Translations under genes and position numbers: made by a program
Notes under the pieces: model-generated
Seen by the model: only the letters and a program-made list of their open reading frames with translations
What the model was told of the DNA's origin: nothing
Databases searched by the model: none
Assembly (NCBI GenBank): GCA_900549325.1
Contig: UROI01000001.1
Coordinates: 34,213-98,212 of the forward strand
Direction of reading: 5' to 3'
From: an uncultured Mycoplasmatota bacterium
Lineage (GTDB): Bacteria > Bacillota_I > Bacilli_A > RF39 > UBA660
Length of the DNA: 64,000 bases
Shown: positions 61,942 through 64,000 of the stretch, one piece after another
Layout of the letters: every line of letters starts with the position of its first letter
How positions within the stretch are numbered: position 1 is the stretch's first letter

Positions 61942-62685
61942 ATGAGAAGTGAAGTTATGAATAAAAAAAGAATTTTAATTTTAATTATTTTTGTTTGTAT
62001 ATTGTTTATTACAATACTAAGTTTTTTTCTTATTAAGAATAAATCTGATAAAATGGAAAAATTTGAAATTAACGATAGTGAGAAAAGCGAGAATAATAAT
62101 TCGGAAAATGTTAATGATGGTACGGAAAGTAGTTCAGATGGTAATTCAAATGTTAATAAAGAAAACAATAATAAAAATACGGACTTAGATAGTGACAATA
62201 GTGATAATAATGTTTCTTCAGAAGAAGATGTTGTTAGCTATTTTGAGAAAAATTATAATGAAATTGATAGTACTAATTGGGATAATATTAAAGATAAGGC
62301 CAAAGGCTATTTTATTACTATTGTTGATTTTATTTTTTATAATGGTGAAATTAAAGGACATACTTTTAATGAACTAAGTACTAGTGCTAAACTTAAAATT
62401 ATTAGTATTGCATTAAAAATTGATAGTAAGATAGAGGAATATGTTCCCTGTTATAAGGAAACTCTTTCAGATAAATATAATAATGTAAAAGAAAAACTTG
62501 TTACTTTATATTTAGATCTTTCTGTGGATATATGTAAAAAGCATGAAGATGGGTGTAATACTGCGAAAGAAATATTTAAAGATATTAAAGACAGCTGTAA
62601 GATAGGATGGAATTTTATTAAAGGGCTTCTTTCTGCTGGTACTAGTAAATTAAAGGATTGGTATGAAATTTATAGTGGAAAATAA
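61942..62685 (+). CDS. Secreted acidic Ser/Asn/Asp-rich protein
   Basis: Signal anchor (ILILIIFVCILFITILSFFLI), then an about 90-aa low-complexity acidic region (NDSEKSENNNSENVNDGTESSSDGNSN). Confidence 0.4.
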   Translation: MRSEVMNKKRILILIIFVCILFITILSFFLIKNKSDKMEKFEINDSEKSENNNSENVNDGTESSSDGNSNVNKENNNKNTDLDSDNSDNNVSSEEDVVSYFEKNYNEIDSTNWDNIKDKAKGYFITIVDFIFYNGEIKGHTFNELSTSAKLKIISIALKIDSKIEEYVPCYKETLSDKYNNVKEKLVTLYLDLSVDICKKHEDGCNTAKEIFKDIKDSCKIGWNFIKGLLSAGTSKLKDWYEIYSGK

Positions 62686-63931
62686 AATTATTAAATATTT
62701 TTGGATAATTGTTTCTTTACTATGCTGTGGATGTTCTATTACTAATGATAATAAGAATGATATTATTCAGAATATTGTCTCTTATAATACGAACTTGAAT
62801 AGTGATTTTTTAGAGTATGTATATGATAACTATGGTATAAATACATTGAATAGTATATTAGACGCTTATGTTAATAATAGTTATACTGATGAAGTGTGGC
62901 ATAATGTTACTTATAAATCCTATAAAGTTTTGCTTGACGAATATAATGGCGTATATGATAATAATAACAAAGTAAAGATAATTGATAATAAAGATAAAAC
63001 TGTTATTAGTTTTGTTGGTGATATTTCTTTGGCAGATAATTTTGATATAATGCCTTATTATGATTCGAGAGGTAATGGTGTTTATGGTATACTAGATGAT
63101 AAAGTTGTTAGTATTATGAAATCTAGTGATATAATGGTTGCTAATAACGAGTTTACTGTAAGTAATAGAGGAACTAAACTGAATAAATTATATAATTTTA
63201 GAGCAAAACCTGAGAGACTAAAAATATATAATGAAATGGGTGTAGATGTTGTGTCTATTGCTAATAATCATGCATATGATTATGGAGAAGATGCTTTCCT
63301 TGATACTATTAAATATTTAAATGAGTACGGTATTAGTTCTGTAGGTGGTGGTTCTAATATAGAAGAAGCAAGTTCGGCTTTTTATTATATTGCCAATGGC
63401 TATAAGATATCATTTCTATCTTCAAGTAGAGCTGAAAAGAATATTGTTACTCCTGGTGCTACTGAAACTTCTAGTGGAATATTTAGATGTTATGATAATG
63501 AATTATTGCTTAGAAGGATAAAAGAAGAAAAAGAAAAAAGTGATTTTGTTATACTACTAATTCATTGGGGAAAAGAAGACTCACATGAACTTGAAGAGGT
63601 TCAAGTTACTACTGGCAGACAATATATTGATGTTGGAGCTGATTTGGTTATTGGAAGTCATGCTCATGTACTTCAAGGAATGGAAATATATAATAATAAG
63701 TTAATTGCTTATAATTTGGGTGATTTTATATTTAATAGAGAAACTAAAGATACGGGAATATTATCTGTGACTATTAATAATAATGGTGATATGAACTATA
63801 GTTTTATTCCTTGCATGCAGAGTAATTATAAAACATCTTTACTTAATGGTGATGGCAAACAAAGAGTTATAGATAAACTTAAAAATTATTCTTGGAATGT
63901 TACATTTGATGCTGATGGTAATTTTCATTAA
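62663..63931 (+). CDS. CapA/PgsA-family metallophosphatase (poly-gamma-glutamate synthesis-like), probable lipoprotein
   Basis: Lipobox-like LLCCGCS; MPP_CapA motifs (VGDISLADN, ANNHAYDYG, GSHAHVLQG). Confidence 0.7.
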   Translation: MKFIVENKIIKYFWIIVSLLCCGCSITNDNKNDIIQNIVSYNTNLNSDFLEYVYDNYGINTLNSILDAYVNNSYTDEVWHNVTYKSYKVLLDEYNGVYDNNNKVKIIDNKDKTVISFVGDISLADNFDIMPYYDSRGNGVYGILDDKVVSIMKSSDIMVANNEFTVSNRGTKLNKLYNFRAKPERLKIYNEMGVDVVSIANNHAYDYGEDAFLDTIKYLNEYGISSVGGGSNIEEASSAFYYIANGYKISFLSSSRAEKNIVTPGATETSSGIFRCYDNELLLRRIKEEKEKSDFVILLIHWGKEDSHELEEVQVTTGRQYIDVGADLVIGSHAHVLQGMEIYNNKLIAYNLGDFIFNRETKDTGILSVTINNNGDMNYSFIPCMQSNYKTSLLNGDGKQRVIDKLKNYSWNVTFDADGNFH

Positions 63932-63948
63932 TTGATATATTTAAAATA

Positions 63949-64000
63949 TATAGTTATGGCTTCTATATGATAGATATGGTTGATATATTATTTTGAGACT
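63949..64000. repeat. Second copy (cut by the window end) of the ~45-bp intergenic module
   Basis: TATGATAGATATGGTTGATATATTATTTTGAGACT matches 35750-35790 with about two differences. Confidence 0.6.

Overview
This window is AT-rich (about 27% GC by eye) and looks like the origin-proximal chromosome of an endospore-forming Firmicute (Clostridia-like). The backbone runs gyrB (5'-truncated by the window edge), gyrA, tadA, dnaX, ybaB, recR, bofA-like, holB, yaaT, two methyltransferases, pth, mfd and spoVT. It continues with a T-box leader, dut, metG, tatD, a yabE-like gene, spoIID, a spoIIQ-like M23 peptidase, spoIIID, mbl, rpiB, dusB, lysS, clpC, ychF, pepF, prfB (with its programmed +1 frameshift), ftsE, ftsX and tex. 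The most striking feature is a 1.06-kb ORF-free region between gyrA and tadA carrying seven regularly spaced ParB-type parS centromere sites. Five of the seven are fused to a DnaA-box-like 9-mer. A candidate small SRP RNA sits immediately upstream of the array. The right end (about 52.5 to 62.7 kb) looks like an accessory island. It holds a tRNA-Gly(UCC) with a strong promoter, three tandem ~66-bp direct repeats, a large serine recombinase, an XRE-family membrane regulator, a Fic protein and uvdE. Other oddities are a UmuC-like Y-family polymerase in an operon with an unrelated 998-aa protein instead of a UmuD/YolD partner, tandem YitT paralogs, a family of long intergenic hairpins with ACCTAGG-like apices, and a ~45-bp intergenic repeat present at 35.7 kb and at the window end. 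No CRISPR array, rRNA operon or transposase was seen. My hand-counted coordinates may be off by one or two bases in places.
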